From NCBI GenBank assembly GCA_013265495.1, contig MU057809.1, positions 746,001 through 806,000 of the forward strand: a stretch of 60,000 nucleotides of DNA, written 5' to 3'. A model generated the notes under the pieces. It had not been told where the DNA came from. It searched no databases and saw nothing but the letters and a program-made list of their open reading frames with translations. Shown here in pieces: positions 1 to 11,480 of the stretch (its first letter is position 1; each line of letters begins with the position of its first letter). The position numbers and the translations under genes are program-made. The stretch is from Vicugna vicugna. Lineage: Eukaryota.

Positions 1-1664
1 CTGGGGTTTGGGGGCGCCCAGGAGCGGTCTACGTGGATTGTGGCCGTCCAGTATCCTCCCCTGATGAGTCAGGGGGTGCTCTGTGGGCTAAAAGGTTTTG
101 TCTCCGACTCCTTTATGGGAATAGATGCGGTACCATGAGTTGGAGTCTGTAACGTGGTGTGTTAATGTCAACTCAGTATATATTTGAAGACAGACTCTTA
201 TATGGAAAAAACCACCTAAGGTGATGAATTGAGCACCTGAGTGGGTGAGGTGGGTCGGGGCTGCCATCCCAGTGGCCAGGCGTCCAGCGGCCAGCTGTGC
301 CGTGTCTGCTGGGAGGCTCACCTCCGGCTGGAAGGTGCCTGGACGAGCTGTCTTCCTTTGGACGCTCAGAAATCTCAAGCGTGCCCTCTCTTGTTGACTG
401 TGTCTTGGGTCTCTCCGGGCCGCAGGAGCCTCACGTGGTTCTGGGGTGCTGACTCAGCAGGTTTCAAACTCGGCTCCTGTGCGGCTGGTGTTTGGTGGGG
501 GTTGCTTTGTGGTAGAGCTGGGTTGCAGTGCTTCATGTCACCAGCAGGAGGTGCTGATGGTGAAGGACACATTGAAAAGCGGATTTTAGGTTTGCAGGTT
601 TCCCGGTGGATTTCTGGCCGCCGTATTTCTATAGACTGGGCTTATTTGAAGCGATCGTGACACGCTCTCCCAGCTCTCGTGAAAGGAAGCACTGGGAATG
701 TGTGAGGCTCCCCAGACTTCCCTGTGGCTTTGAAGTGAGGCTCCTGGGAGGCGACTCCGGAGGGAGCTGAGGGTGGAGGGGAGCCCGCTGGGGAAGAGGC
801 AGCAGGGTTCTGGGCAGAGGGACCAGCCTGAGCCGAAGCCTCGAGGGTGGAGAGGCTTAGCCCGTGTGAGAGTCAGAGCACAGTCAGGGGCAGCTGGAGC
901 TGGTGGGCGAGGTGAGAGCTGGACAGGGGCCAGATCATGGGGTTGAGCTGCCGGGTCATTCCTCCGTCAGTCATCCTGCAGGCATCCGTCAGGTGCCTGC
1001 CGTTTGTCAGACTCTGGGCGTGGTGGCGCTAGAGACCCCTGTCCCTCCAGGAGCCGCCAAGTCTAGCAGGTTGGGAGGGCACAAGGGTGTCCTGTTCATG
1101 CTGTGTTGTGGCCCCATCTCTTTCGGGGGTGACATCATCGAGGCGGTGGGGGGCAGGGTTCTGAGCCCATCACAACCACCAGATCCATGTGACAGTGACA
1201 CAGTGGGCCTCAGTTTCCCACATGAAACATGATGGTGTCCCCAAGGATTTGTTGGGAAGAGGGGACAGTCTGGGTAGGGGTGAGCTCTGACCACACAGCA
1301 GCCTGAGACCCCCATGGCTGTCCAGACTGAGGCCCACACAGCAGTGGAGCATGACACAAGTGGTGGACAGGACACCTCAGAGGCCAGGGCTGCAGGGGAG
1401 CGTGGACACTTAGGGCCGGGCTGGGTGGACTCAGTGGTGCTGACCTCAGGCCACCGGCATGGCCCTGAGGGTCAGGACAGTGAAGGACAGCCGGGGCTCG
1501 ACTGAGGTCCTGGTAGCAGCTCAGTCCTTCCCCATCCTGTGCCTCTGCTCATCCTGTGCTAGAGTACCCTCTCTCCAAAGTTGTCTGTCTTTGGAGTGAC
1601 TTTGGTGTAGGACAGACCCCCCTCCGCTGAATGTTGGATGTAGAATGCTGGAAAGGTCATTACT

Positions 1665-1780
1665 ATCTCTGGCCTCGCATTCTTTTATCTGTGAAATGGA
1701 GAGGATGACCTCTCCCGTAAGGCGAGCATTCAGTGGGATGTGTGCATGGCCTGGCGCGCAGCAGGCACTCAGGAAACAGG
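1665..1780 (+). mobile_element. MIR SINE fragment
   Basis: tctctggcctcgcattcttttatctgtgaaatggagaggatga ... cctggcgcgcagcaggcactcagg resembles the MIR core and 3' end. Confidence 0.65.
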
Positions 1781-2027
1781 AGTGGGTGTTGCCCCCTCCT
1801 AAGCATGAAATGGCAGTGCCCCTAGCCCATCACCTTAGATAAACGCCAGTTCTTTCCATCCCTCCGGAGGTGCCCGCCCTCCCAGCCCAGGTCAAGTGCA
1901 GGCTCACCCCTGCGAGTCCGGGATCCCCACAGCCGGCAGCACCTCCCCCGTGGCCCCCGTGGCCCCCGTGGCCCGTGCGTCTGCCTCCGTGCTCACCCCA
2001 GGCCGCGTGTTCCGCCGCCAGGCTCCT

Positions 2028-2076
2028 GAGCCTGGCAGGTGGCAGACACTGAGTGAATATTTGTTGAATGAATGGA
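2028..2076 (+). mobile_element. L2 3' end fragment
   Basis: cctggcaggtggcagacactgagtgaatatttgttgaatgaatg is a typical L2 3' terminus. Confidence 0.6.
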
Positions 2077-2429
2077 CGGGCTGTCTCCCCGCCCCGCCCT
2101 ACCTGAGGAGGCAGGTGGCCAAGCAGATGGCCGGGCTCCTGCCGGGTCTGGCAGAGGAGCCCGCCCTCACACTAGGTCTTCTTCGGGAACCTGGGGGTTG
2201 GGCCGTTGTTTCCCGGACTCCTTCCAGATAGAACGTTTTGTCGTCCAGCGAGTTGAACTTCCTCAGTTGCATTCCTGCCTCCCTCCTCCTCCGCTTCCTG
2301 GTCCTAAGGCTTCGTCCCTAGCAGTTGCTTTTGTTGAAGCAATGACTAAGAGCCCAGAAGGAGCCCTTTGTGTGTTCTGATGGCCCCAGGTGACCTGTCA
2401 GGCAGGGCCAGCCTGTGGCCAGCGCTGTG

Positions 2430-2450
2430 GTCAGCACCACGGACAGAGCC
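2430..2450 (+). promoter_or_regulatory. RE1/NRSE (REST/NRSF binding site)
   Basis: GTCAGCACCACGGACAGAGCC matches the RE1 consensus TTCAGCACCACGGACAGCGCC at 19/21 positions with correct half-site spacing, at a neuron-specific gene locus. Confidence 0.85.
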
Positions 2451-2739
2451 ACGGCGAGCCACCCCCGGCCGAGGGCGCGGTGGAGGGGAGAGACCTGGGC
2501 GCTGGTGGAGCTGGAGCCCGGCCCCCCTCTGTAAGGCCTCTCCGCTTCCTAAGCCTCGGTTTTCTACCCTGAGAAGTGGGGGTGGGGCTTTCCTCAGCAG
2601 AGCTGGCCTGGCATAGCGGTGACTTGCCCGAGGCCACCCAGAGGACACCCAGCAACTGTCAGAACCCACCCTTCCCTCCTGCACGTCCCTGCACCTCCCG
2701 CAGCTCCTCCTGGCTCCCCGCCCCCACCTCTCCAAGGAG

Positions 2740-2856
2740 CAGAATTATTTATCTGCCGGATGGTGACAGGCAGCAGTGGCTGGAGTTAGAGCTGCTGTCC
2801 AGAGATCAGCTGGCGGCTTCGGAGCAAACAGCCCGAGCTAATTAGCAAAAGGTCAC
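2740..2856. promoter_or_regulatory. candidate intronic enhancer motif cluster
   Basis: TGACAG (2764), E-box CAGCTG (2807), palindromic GCTAATTAGC (2837-2846) and NBRE AAAGGTCA (2848-2855). Confidence 0.4.
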
Positions 2857-3214
2857 GCCTGCTCCTGGAGGCCCTGCTTTTGAAGTCGGGGCCTCACACA
2901 GGCAGGCTGGTAGGAACTGAAGCTTGGAGTTAGTGGCTTGGTTACCAGGACAGCTTCAAACCCCAGCCCACGGCTCATCGCCTGATTGCTGAGGCCACAA
3001 CTCTGAGGCTTCACCTTCTGGAGATTCCCAGCGCCGGGGTCCAGCCATCCAGCCACTGCCCCAGGCTGGACAGAGGCCAGAGAGCAGCCCTCAGCATGCA
3101 TCGAGGGCTAGCGGTAACCCGCACCTGCGTCCCACCCCGCACCCAGGGGCAGACTGTACCCAGCAGCGGAAGTGCAGGGCTGGGCAGCGGCCACCCACGC
3201 ACCCCCTACATTCT

Positions 3215-3585
3215 CTCTGACTGTGTTCTTACTGTTCTTCTCTAAGTAAATTTACTTTTTAAAAACTTAAATACATTTGTTTAAAAGGGAAGTTTTATGG
3301 CACTACTACAAGTGGAGAACAAGCCTCCTTTTCCATAAATAGGATTCATAATCATAAAAATAAATTCAGTGGAAACAAAACAATGTTATTAAATTCCAGT
3401 TGGATGCTGGGGCCCAGTGGAGACTCAGAGCCCAAGGCCTGGTATCACTTCATTAAAAAGGGAAAAGAGCAAGTGTGCAGAGACGTTCAAGACTTACTAG
3501 CCCTGATCCGAGTGATCAGAAGCACTGAATAGAATTAAATTGAGAGCAACTTTCTAATGAAATTATTCAGCATTATTTTATGCTT
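3215..3585. mobile_element. ancient hAT-type (Charlie-like) DNA transposon fossil
   Basis: Abrupt AT-rich block (aaacttaaatacatttgtttaaaaggg ... aaacaaaacaatgttattaaattcc ...) resembling recalled hAT-Charlie consensus. Family is uncertain. Confidence 0.45.
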
Positions 3586-3840
3586 TGTCAGCTAGGGGCT
3601 GAATTTGGCTGCAAAGGCAGAAAGCTGACCGTTGTGTGGTTGAATCCCATGTAGGGATTTACTTTCCTCATGTAGAATGCAGCCGTCGGGGTTGGGCACG
3701 GTCTGAGGAAGTTGTCAGCAATCCAGGTTCCGTGTAGCTTCCTCCTCTGCCAGTCTCAGCATTTGTCCTCACAGCTTCCAAATGGCTGCGGCATCTCCAG
3801 CCCTCGTACCTGCATCTCAAGTGGGGAAAGCAGGGGAGGT
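3586..3840. mobile_element. MaLR (MLT1-type) LTR fragment
   Basis: gtcagctagggg...ttggctgcaaaggcagaaa...ccaaatggctgc...ctccagccctc matches old MLT1 LTR patterns. Confidence 0.45.
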
Positions 3841-6800
3841 GAAGGGGCGGGAGCACGCCAGCCGAGTCCACTCCCTGCTGTCAGGAGGGTGGCGGCGGGC
3901 ATCCAGGCCTGCTCTCTTGCCCAGTGTGGCCCACTCCTGTCTCGTGGTTCCTCTATTTGCTGCACACTTACTTGGCACCTGCTGTTTTTCAGGCAGTAGA
4001 CCCCTTCCCTTGTGGTGTTCATGAGGCCACGCTGGTGTTCACGAGATGAGTCACGGCCCCGTCCTGGGGCGTCCTTCCTTGCTCCACCCCACACCTGGCT
4101 CTGGCTGTCCACAGCTCAAGGTCAAAGGTGGCCCCACCTCAGCCCCCGTTTCTCCTCCCCTCAGACCCAGCGTGCCCTCGCCACCCGCAGGGGTGTCCGG
4201 GTTCAAGCGCCCGGTCAGCCTGTGCAGAGCAGCTCTTCCCTCCCCTCCAGCCCTCTCGGGGCCCTGGGTCCCTGTCCGTCCGCTCTGGCCTCCTGCAAAG
4301 CCCCTCCTTGGCGTTTCTGTCCCTCCAGCCAGCAGGGGGGCCAGGACACAGGGGCCGAGTTTCTGCTCTTGGACCTGAGTTTGTCTCTTCATCTCTTTGT
4401 AGAACGTGCATCCTGTGGCTCCTGAACTTAACTTGCAGGAGGAGGGTCAGGGCTTGGGGTGGGCAGGCCCTGGGGACCCCTCCTCCCTCAGGCTGGGGCT
4501 CCTGGGTCATGCCTGCTGCCCCTGGGCCGTCCTTGCCTCGGGCTTTGTCCTTCAGCCTGAGCTCCTTCTCATCCCCTCCCCTCATAGACCTGACCTCTAG
4601 CCTTTGACCTCTCTCCTTGGCATCAGTGCCAGGGACCTGTTATAGGTCCCAGATTTAAATATGGGTCCCCGGGCTGACCAGCTGTGCAATCAGGGGCAGG
4701 TCACTTAATCTCTTTGGGTTCTACGTCCGTGCGTTGAGGATGACGGCAGCTGCTGGTGGGGCTCTTTGAGGAAGTGAGTGAGAGGCACGGAGGGGGCGCC
4801 CCACCTGTGCCTCCTCCCCGTCTCCCCTCCCGTCTCCCAGCTCCTGCTCCGTGGGTGCTTACATCCTGCACAGTGTGCGTGAGCCTCTCTGCGGTACGTG
4901 TCCTCATGAGCCCGTGGGGCCTCTGTGCCCCGCCCTGTCCTCCCTCCGCTCGCTCCGCCCCAGTGACTCACAGCCAGGGCTGCAGCCTTGCTCCCCAGCC
5001 CCACCCAGCGAACTGTGAATCCAGCAGCCCAAGTGGGCCCGGGGCATGTGGGGGGCGGGGAGGCCATTGCCAAGGCCAGGTCGATGGCAGCTGTGGGGGT
5101 GATGGGAGAGGGGAGGTTGAGGGGAGAGTGGGATTTGGAGCAGGCTGGAGCAGGCGGCCAGCACGGGGCATGGGAGCCAGAAGGGAACTAGCAGACAGAG
5201 CTGGTTTTTCATCGTGATGATTTGATGCGGAGGGACGGGGCCCAGAGCTCTGGAGATGCTTCTCTGCCAGGAGGTGCAGGGGGAGGGGCCAAGGACGCAT
5301 TCACTGAGCACCTATTGCGTGCAGGCCCTTCCCGTGCCCGGGCTCATCTCACACTGTGACCTTGAGTGTCAGAGTGACTGCTGGATGGCCGGCGCCTGGG
5401 GTCCCACCCCCACTTGCCAGACCTGCAGCCTCACTGCTCTCCGGGTGGAGACCGAGGGTACCTGGAGCCCTTGGGGAGCTCTCTGCCTGTCCTGGCCGAG
5501 GCTGCTCCGGGCTGGCCCTCACCCTGGATGCGTGAACGTCCCCAGCCTGGCTGCTTGCAGCTTGGCCCTGAAGTGCCAAGTTCACGCGGGCAGGCCGCAG
5601 TTCCAGGCTTGACAGCTGACAGTCTGAGGCTCCTGGAGAGGGGTGGGCGGGGGCGGGACAGTGTGCTTGGTCTTTAAATACACGCTGTGGTCCTACTGTG
5701 TGCCCCCTGCAGAGGGGGACACGGGAGCTGGAGGGCCAGGCCTGGCTGGGGATGTGGCTCCCACGGGCTTTGACCCTTCCATACTGGACGGTGTGTGCAG
5801 GCAGAGCTCAGAAGAGGAGCAGGCTTCCCAGGGCGAAGGGTGGGCAGCACTTGGGTGAGGCGGGCGGGCGGCGTACAGGAGGCCTTCCCCGGTGTCAGGA
5901 ACGGCGGGAGCAGTGGCATCTCCACAGCACAGAGCGTGTGCAGTGCAGGAAGCACGGCCGGCCCGCGGCGGGAGTGGGAAGAGGTACAGTGAGGGTGGCA
6001 GGGACAGCTGCAGGGTGTTGGGGGTGCCTCCCCTCCATTCCCCTCCCCCAGGGCAGTCCCAGGTCTCGCCGAGCTCCCTCCCTGGTGATCTGTTCCCTTG
6101 AATGAGAAGGCCCTCGTCTGTGTTAGTAAGCGGCTAAACTCCCCCAAAGATCTGGCCGTGTAAATGAGACAGAGGTCGTGGCCCCGGGCTGGTAGGGCAG
6201 CTGTGTCACTGTCTGTGTCTGGGACCAAAGTGGCTGCTCCGGTTCCCAGCGACACATCTTCATCCCAACTGGGCAAGGTGCCTGCATGCCCATTCCCTTG
6301 AAGGGGGCGATTCAGCAGGGTGCCCTTCAACTCCACGCACATCCCATTGCTGGAGCAGGGTCAGAGGTCATGCCTAGCCGCAAAGCTCTGAGGGCCCCAG
6401 ACTCATCGAAGTTAATGATGCAGGTCTCGGCCTCATCCTCATTTCTCGTCCCAGAACGCCAGCCTCTCAGCCTGGGTTTCGGTGATGCTGAGGGTGGTGT
6501 GTCTCAGAGGTGGGGAGATTCCCCGCCCACATTGTGGCCTCTGAGGGCCTGGCGCTGTCCGGGGTCCTGACTGCCTGCAGAGGCACGGCGCTGAATGCTG
6601 CCACCCTCCCTGCCGACAGGCAGCCCGCACCCCCCTAGGGACCCCTCTCGTGCTCCAGGGTCCAGTCTGGACACACCCATACGTGAAGATGCCCATGCTC
6701 AGAGGTGGCTCCCTCCCCCAAGCCCGGGCCCGAGGAGACCTCTGGGGCACATCCTGACCCTAACTCATCTACAAAATTGGGACCCTAGTAATTACTGCTC

Positions 6801-7319
6801 CCCGTTCCTGCAGAGGGTCCCCACGTACATGGTATTCAGTGCCCTGAACCACGCCTTCTGTCTTGAAACAGCCTCTCCTCTGCTCTTGGCATCTGGGCTC
6901 CTCCTCCCTCTGGAAGGTCTTCCTTCTCAGGTGCCCCTAAGTGTCGGTCCTCCTGAGGTCCCTGACCACGCTTCCACCTCATGCCGCGCCCTTTCCCTGC
7001 CCGGTGTCAGCCGCATTGTGCAGGCAGTGCCTGGACCGTCTGCTGCCTACCTCCTGCCTGGTCCTCTCTGCCCAGCGCAGGCCTTGGGGCGTCTCCCCTT
7101 GTCCTCTGTCGCAGGCGCCCCAAGCTCGGCATGGCTCTGACTGCACTGACTCGCCGTAACTCCCCGCTCCCTGCTGTTCCCCACCTCAGCTGAGGGCGGA
7201 AGCAACCCACCGCTTGGTCGATCAATGTTCACGTCTTTCTGTCCCCCATTGTCAAATAAGTCACCAAGTGACATTGATTTGACCTCCTAAGTACCTCCTC
7301 TCTCCCTCTCCAATCTCTT

Positions 7320-7740
7320 ACTGGAGCGTGACACGCACACAGAGAAGTGATCTATCGCCAGTGTGTTTAGCTCGGTGAACTTTCATGAACTGGACACGTC
7401 GTGTCCCCAGGACCCAGGTCACGAAGCAGGGCATCACCAGCCCCCCCCCCCCGGCGCTCCTCATGTCCCCTTCCAGTCGCCACCACAACGGTGACCACTA
7501 GTCTTCTCGAAACCATGCTCTTGCGCCCGCTCTGGAACTTTGTGTAAATGGTTCGCTCAACACCGTGCTTGTGACATTCGTCCGCACTGTTTCATCCTAA
7601 GGGCTGTTCCGTTGTCTGGATGCACCGCGGTGTGCGGTCCGGTCTCTTGTTGATGGGCACTGGGCAGTGTCCAGTTGGGGCTGCTACGAATAGCGCTGGT
7701 GAATATCCGCGTCTCCGTGTGCACGTGTGTGCATTTCCAT
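7320..7740 (-). mobile_element. old L1M 3' UTR fragment (GC-shifted)
   Basis: gttgatgggcactgggcagtgtccagttggggctgctacgaatagcgctggtgaatat corresponds to antisense L1 gatggacatttgggttgtttccagtttggggctattatgaataatgctgctatgaacat. Confidence 0.7.
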
Positions 7741-9469
7741 CAGGCACAGTCTGTGCTTCGTGGTTCCATTCATCTCTCCCTCTCCTTCCACGAGCCAGTC
7801 CAGGACCCCGTCCGGTGTCCTTCAGTGACTGGTGCAGCCTGGTCTCTGCACACCCGCTGTTGTCCTGTAACAGTCCATTCTCCATCAATAGCTAGGGTGA
7901 CCTTACCTCCTCTCTACTGAACCTGCAGTGGCTCCCTAGTGCCCCGGGACTGAGAGCAATGCTCACTGCAGGTCTGCCCCTCCTGGGTTCCTGTCACCCC
8001 ACCCACCCCTCCTTCCAGGTTCCAGCTCTCCTGGCCTCTGGCCTCCCTCACAGTTCCTGCCCTGTCTTCCCTTTGCTCACCTACTGCCTTTGCACGGCCG
8101 AGTTCTCTCTTAAGTCTGCAGAAATGGTACCTCTCTGGGAACACTGGCTGGGACCTGGACCCCACAGACTAGGCTGAGCCCCCCCGACCCTCCCTCCGCC
8201 AGCTCCCCCCCCACCGTGCTCTCCCATGACCACACCTCACTCGGGCTGGTTGGAGCTCTGTCTTCCCCTCCAGGCCGGGAGTTCCAGGGCGTCAGTCGTG
8301 CTGTCCTCTGCATCCCAGTTAGACCAGCATCTGGCCCGTGGTGGGGCCTCGCTCGCCGTCTGTCTGAAGTGGGCAGGCAGGGTGGGAGCTGCGGTCCGTT
8401 CTGCAGGAGAGAAATCAGGAGCTCAGAGCGAGGGGCTCACAGTCCCCCAGCGGCCACAGGAGGAGGAGCTGCGTTTAGACGGCTGTTCATGCAGTCTGTC
8501 CGGGAGGAGCTGCTTCCGGGAGCCGTTGGCAGATCTGTGCCGTCGTCCTGAAAACCAGACACAGCAGGGTCTCAAGTTGTGGGGGAGGGGGACAAGCAAG
8601 GAACAGATCCGGGGCGGGGGCGGGTGGCACCTGCACTCACAGCCCCAGGGGCCCCGGCCGCCCCACACCCTTGCCCGGGCTCGTTTCTCAGGCCCGCCGA
8701 CAGCATCCGGCATCTTCCCTGGTGAGCTCTGTGCCTTCTGGAGCTGCCCCAGGCGGACGCCTCTTGTTTCCAGCCCCACTCCCACCCCCGTTTCCTCATC
8801 ACGAGGAAGCCCACATCCTTGCCGGGACATCCACCCACCCCTCTGTTGGGGGGGGGGCATGGCGGTGGAGTGGGGGCGAAGTCTCCAGTGTGGGCCATGG
8901 GCTTCCTCTCCTGCCTTTGGTTCCTCCAGAGGCCGTCCAGCTCACCTCAAGCCCCATCCAGCCTCCAAAAGGGGCAGCAGGCCCAAACCCCAGCCGGCTT
9001 CAGCCCCCACCCAGGGGCAGCGAGAGCACCCTGAGGCCGGGTGCCAGGAAAGGATGGGGCGGCCACCTTCACCGCCCAGCCGTACCCGATGGGCCGGTGG
9101 GGACCAGATGGCCCTCTGCCTGGCATGGTGTGCCGGGAATGGGGCCGGTGTGGCTGCTGTCCTGAGATCCTTGAAGGCCCTTTCTACTCCGGGCGTCGTG
9201 GGCCCTGAGACCACCTCTCCCTTCCCGGGCTGGGCCCCTCCGCCCCCGAGCCCACTCCCCATCTCTGTACCTGGACCTCTTCTGCGGAACTGGCGTGACG
9301 ACTTTCCATTACAGGTAACGTGGGCGGCCTTTCATTGTCATCAGAAGTACCGACGGCTGTGCGCTGAGAGCTCAGGCTCGGACCTCGCGCGTTCAGCCGG
9401 CCAGCGGGCAGCCCGCACCGTCTGCCCGGGCCGGACCCCAGCCGGGCCCCTCGCCCACGTGCTCCCTGT

Positions 9470-9580
9470 GCTCAGAGCCTCGGTCTCCTTGTCTGTAAAA
9501 TGGGAGCCGTCGTACGATTATCTGCTTCATCGCGTCACTCTGGGTTGAACAGTACTTCACAAACATGCGTCAGCGCTCGG
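9470..9580 (+). mobile_element. MIR fragment
   Basis: cagagcctcggtctccttgtctgtaaaatggg is the MIR core. Confidence 0.65.
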
Positions 9581-11214
9581 TGGCCGTTCGCTGGCCCGAT
9601 GCTGCCTGGTCTGCTTGGCCCTGAGCGGCAGCTTCTGCCTTTCTGAGGAGGAGGCAGGAACGCAGGGAGACGGAGCGGCTCGCCCCAGGCCCTCATCTGG
9701 CAAGTGGCAGCTCCGTCTGCAGAGCCAGAGCGCTCAGGCCCCTGCCTCGGTGCCCTGTTGGAAGGGGGCTCGGGGGTCAGAACGGAAGCAGCTATAGCTC
9801 TGACCTCGCGCCACCTCCTCCTGGACCCCCAGCCCTGGGGCGACAGCATGGCCCTCATGTCCTTAGTGGGGGGAGGTGGGGTACAGAGGAGCCCCCTGGA
9901 GAAGGATCAGGACCACCAGGTCCTCATTCTGGTTCTGCCACAATTGCTGTGTGACCCTGGGAAAGTTCTTTGCCTTCTCTGGGTCTATGAGTACAAGCTC
10001 TTAGAAGGCAGAGGCCGGAGCTGGGAGGTTCTCTGACCTGATTCTTCAGGCATGCTGGGAGGGCTCAGCGAGGGTGGGCACCAGCTGGACGGTTCACCCC
10101 TGTCTGCCACTGCCTCCCTGGCATGGTACCTGGCACACAGTAGGTGCTTTAAGCTCTTTGTCGACGGGATGGGAGAGGCTGGAGTGTCAGAGCCATCAGC
10201 CTGTGAGATGAGCACTCGCCCCCCCTGCCCCCGCCCCGAACCCTTGCAGGGTGCATCATGCATGTGCCAAGCCTGCCAAGTTCAGTCCGTCAAGTGTTTC
10301 CTCAGCGCCTGGTTGAAGCCAGGCCCGGCCAGAGAGGCTCAGGGTGGACGAGGGCTCTTGGAGAGGGGGCTGCCCCCAGCACCGTCGGCCACCACTGTGG
10401 CTCTGTCGACCTGGAGTTGTGAGCCCATGACACACGGAGGTCCTGGAGGGGAAGCGTGAGGGCTGGGCTCCAGCCCACCTTCCGGCCTCAACTCCCCTGT
10501 GATCCTGAGACCTCTCCCTCCCTCTCCTGCCCTCAGCGTGTCCACCCGTGCTCCAGGGGTCAAGTTCACGGCTGGTGTGTTTCATCCTGTTTTCCGTGGT
10601 TGTGACACCGACAGCCTTCTGCGCAGCCCCGGGACTGGTGGTGCTGGTCAGCAGCCCCAGCAGCCTGGGCCTGGTCAGACCGAGCAGCGCCCCCTCTAGG
10701 CAGCGGGCCCGTGAAACAAACACAGACACCCCGCCCTGGAGGCCTGCGGAGTCAGGACCAGGGCTGGGTGGCGGGTGGAGGGGGGTGTTTTTAAAGCTCA
10801 CGAGTGATTCTGGTGGTTTTCCTGGTTCAGGACGGAACACTGCTTCGGTCCACCCCAACCCCGTGCACCCCTCTCTGACAGCTGCCTCTCCTTGCACACC
10901 TCTGGTGACAGGGAGCTCAGTCTCACACTGGTCGATTCCTTTTCAAAACATTTTAAAATTTATTATAAAATATTGAAGACATCTCAAATATTTAAGAAAT
11001 CTCCAATAAATGTTTCACTAATTATAAAATATGCAGCACAGCCCAAGGTATGAAGAACGATGCCATGAATGCCTGAGCATTCTCCTCCGGCGAAAAGCTG
11101 TCCCATCAGTGCCTGGGGTGGGGAGGCCCTGGGGGCGACGGAGGGGCCACTCAAGTTCCCCCTGACCCCCGCCGAAGCTTCTGGAGCACCCCTCCCCGAC
11201 CGTATCGCCTGCCT

Positions 11215-11480
11215 TTTTCTTTCTAAAATTTTTACTGTGGTAAAGTACGTGTAACATACAGCTTACCGTCCTGCGCGATTCTGAGCGTGCAGGCAGGGGT
11301 GCTGAGCGCGTCACGCGGTGCAGGACTCCTCCTGCCCCCCCACCAAGGGAAGCCCTCTGCTAAGGTTTGTGATGGTATCTCTCCCGCCCTTTCCCACTCA
11401 CACTCTGTTGGTCGGAGCCGGCGCGATACCGCTTGGCGTGTTTCACAGCCTCGGGTCTGGGGCGCCCAGCACCGAGTGGC
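11215..11480 (-). mobile_element. old L1M 3' end fragment (GC-shifted)
   Basis: tttttactgtggtaaagtacgtgtaacatacagcttaccgtc corresponds to antisense L1MB-like terminus ttgtggtaaaatatacataacataaaatttaccat. Confidence 0.6.

Noticed and set aside
1945..1977. (CCCCCGTGG)x3 short tandem repeat
   Set aside because: Trivial slippage repeat with no spacers and no evident function.
8226..9548. 440-aa intronic ORF
   Set aside because: Pro/Gly/Arg/Ser-rich, no domain, runs into a MIR. Long stop-free frames are expected at this GC content.
10685..10702. CTCF-like motifs (here; also about 541 and 5700)
   Set aside because: Partial matches are frequent in GC-rich DNA and cannot be supported without ChIP or conservation data.
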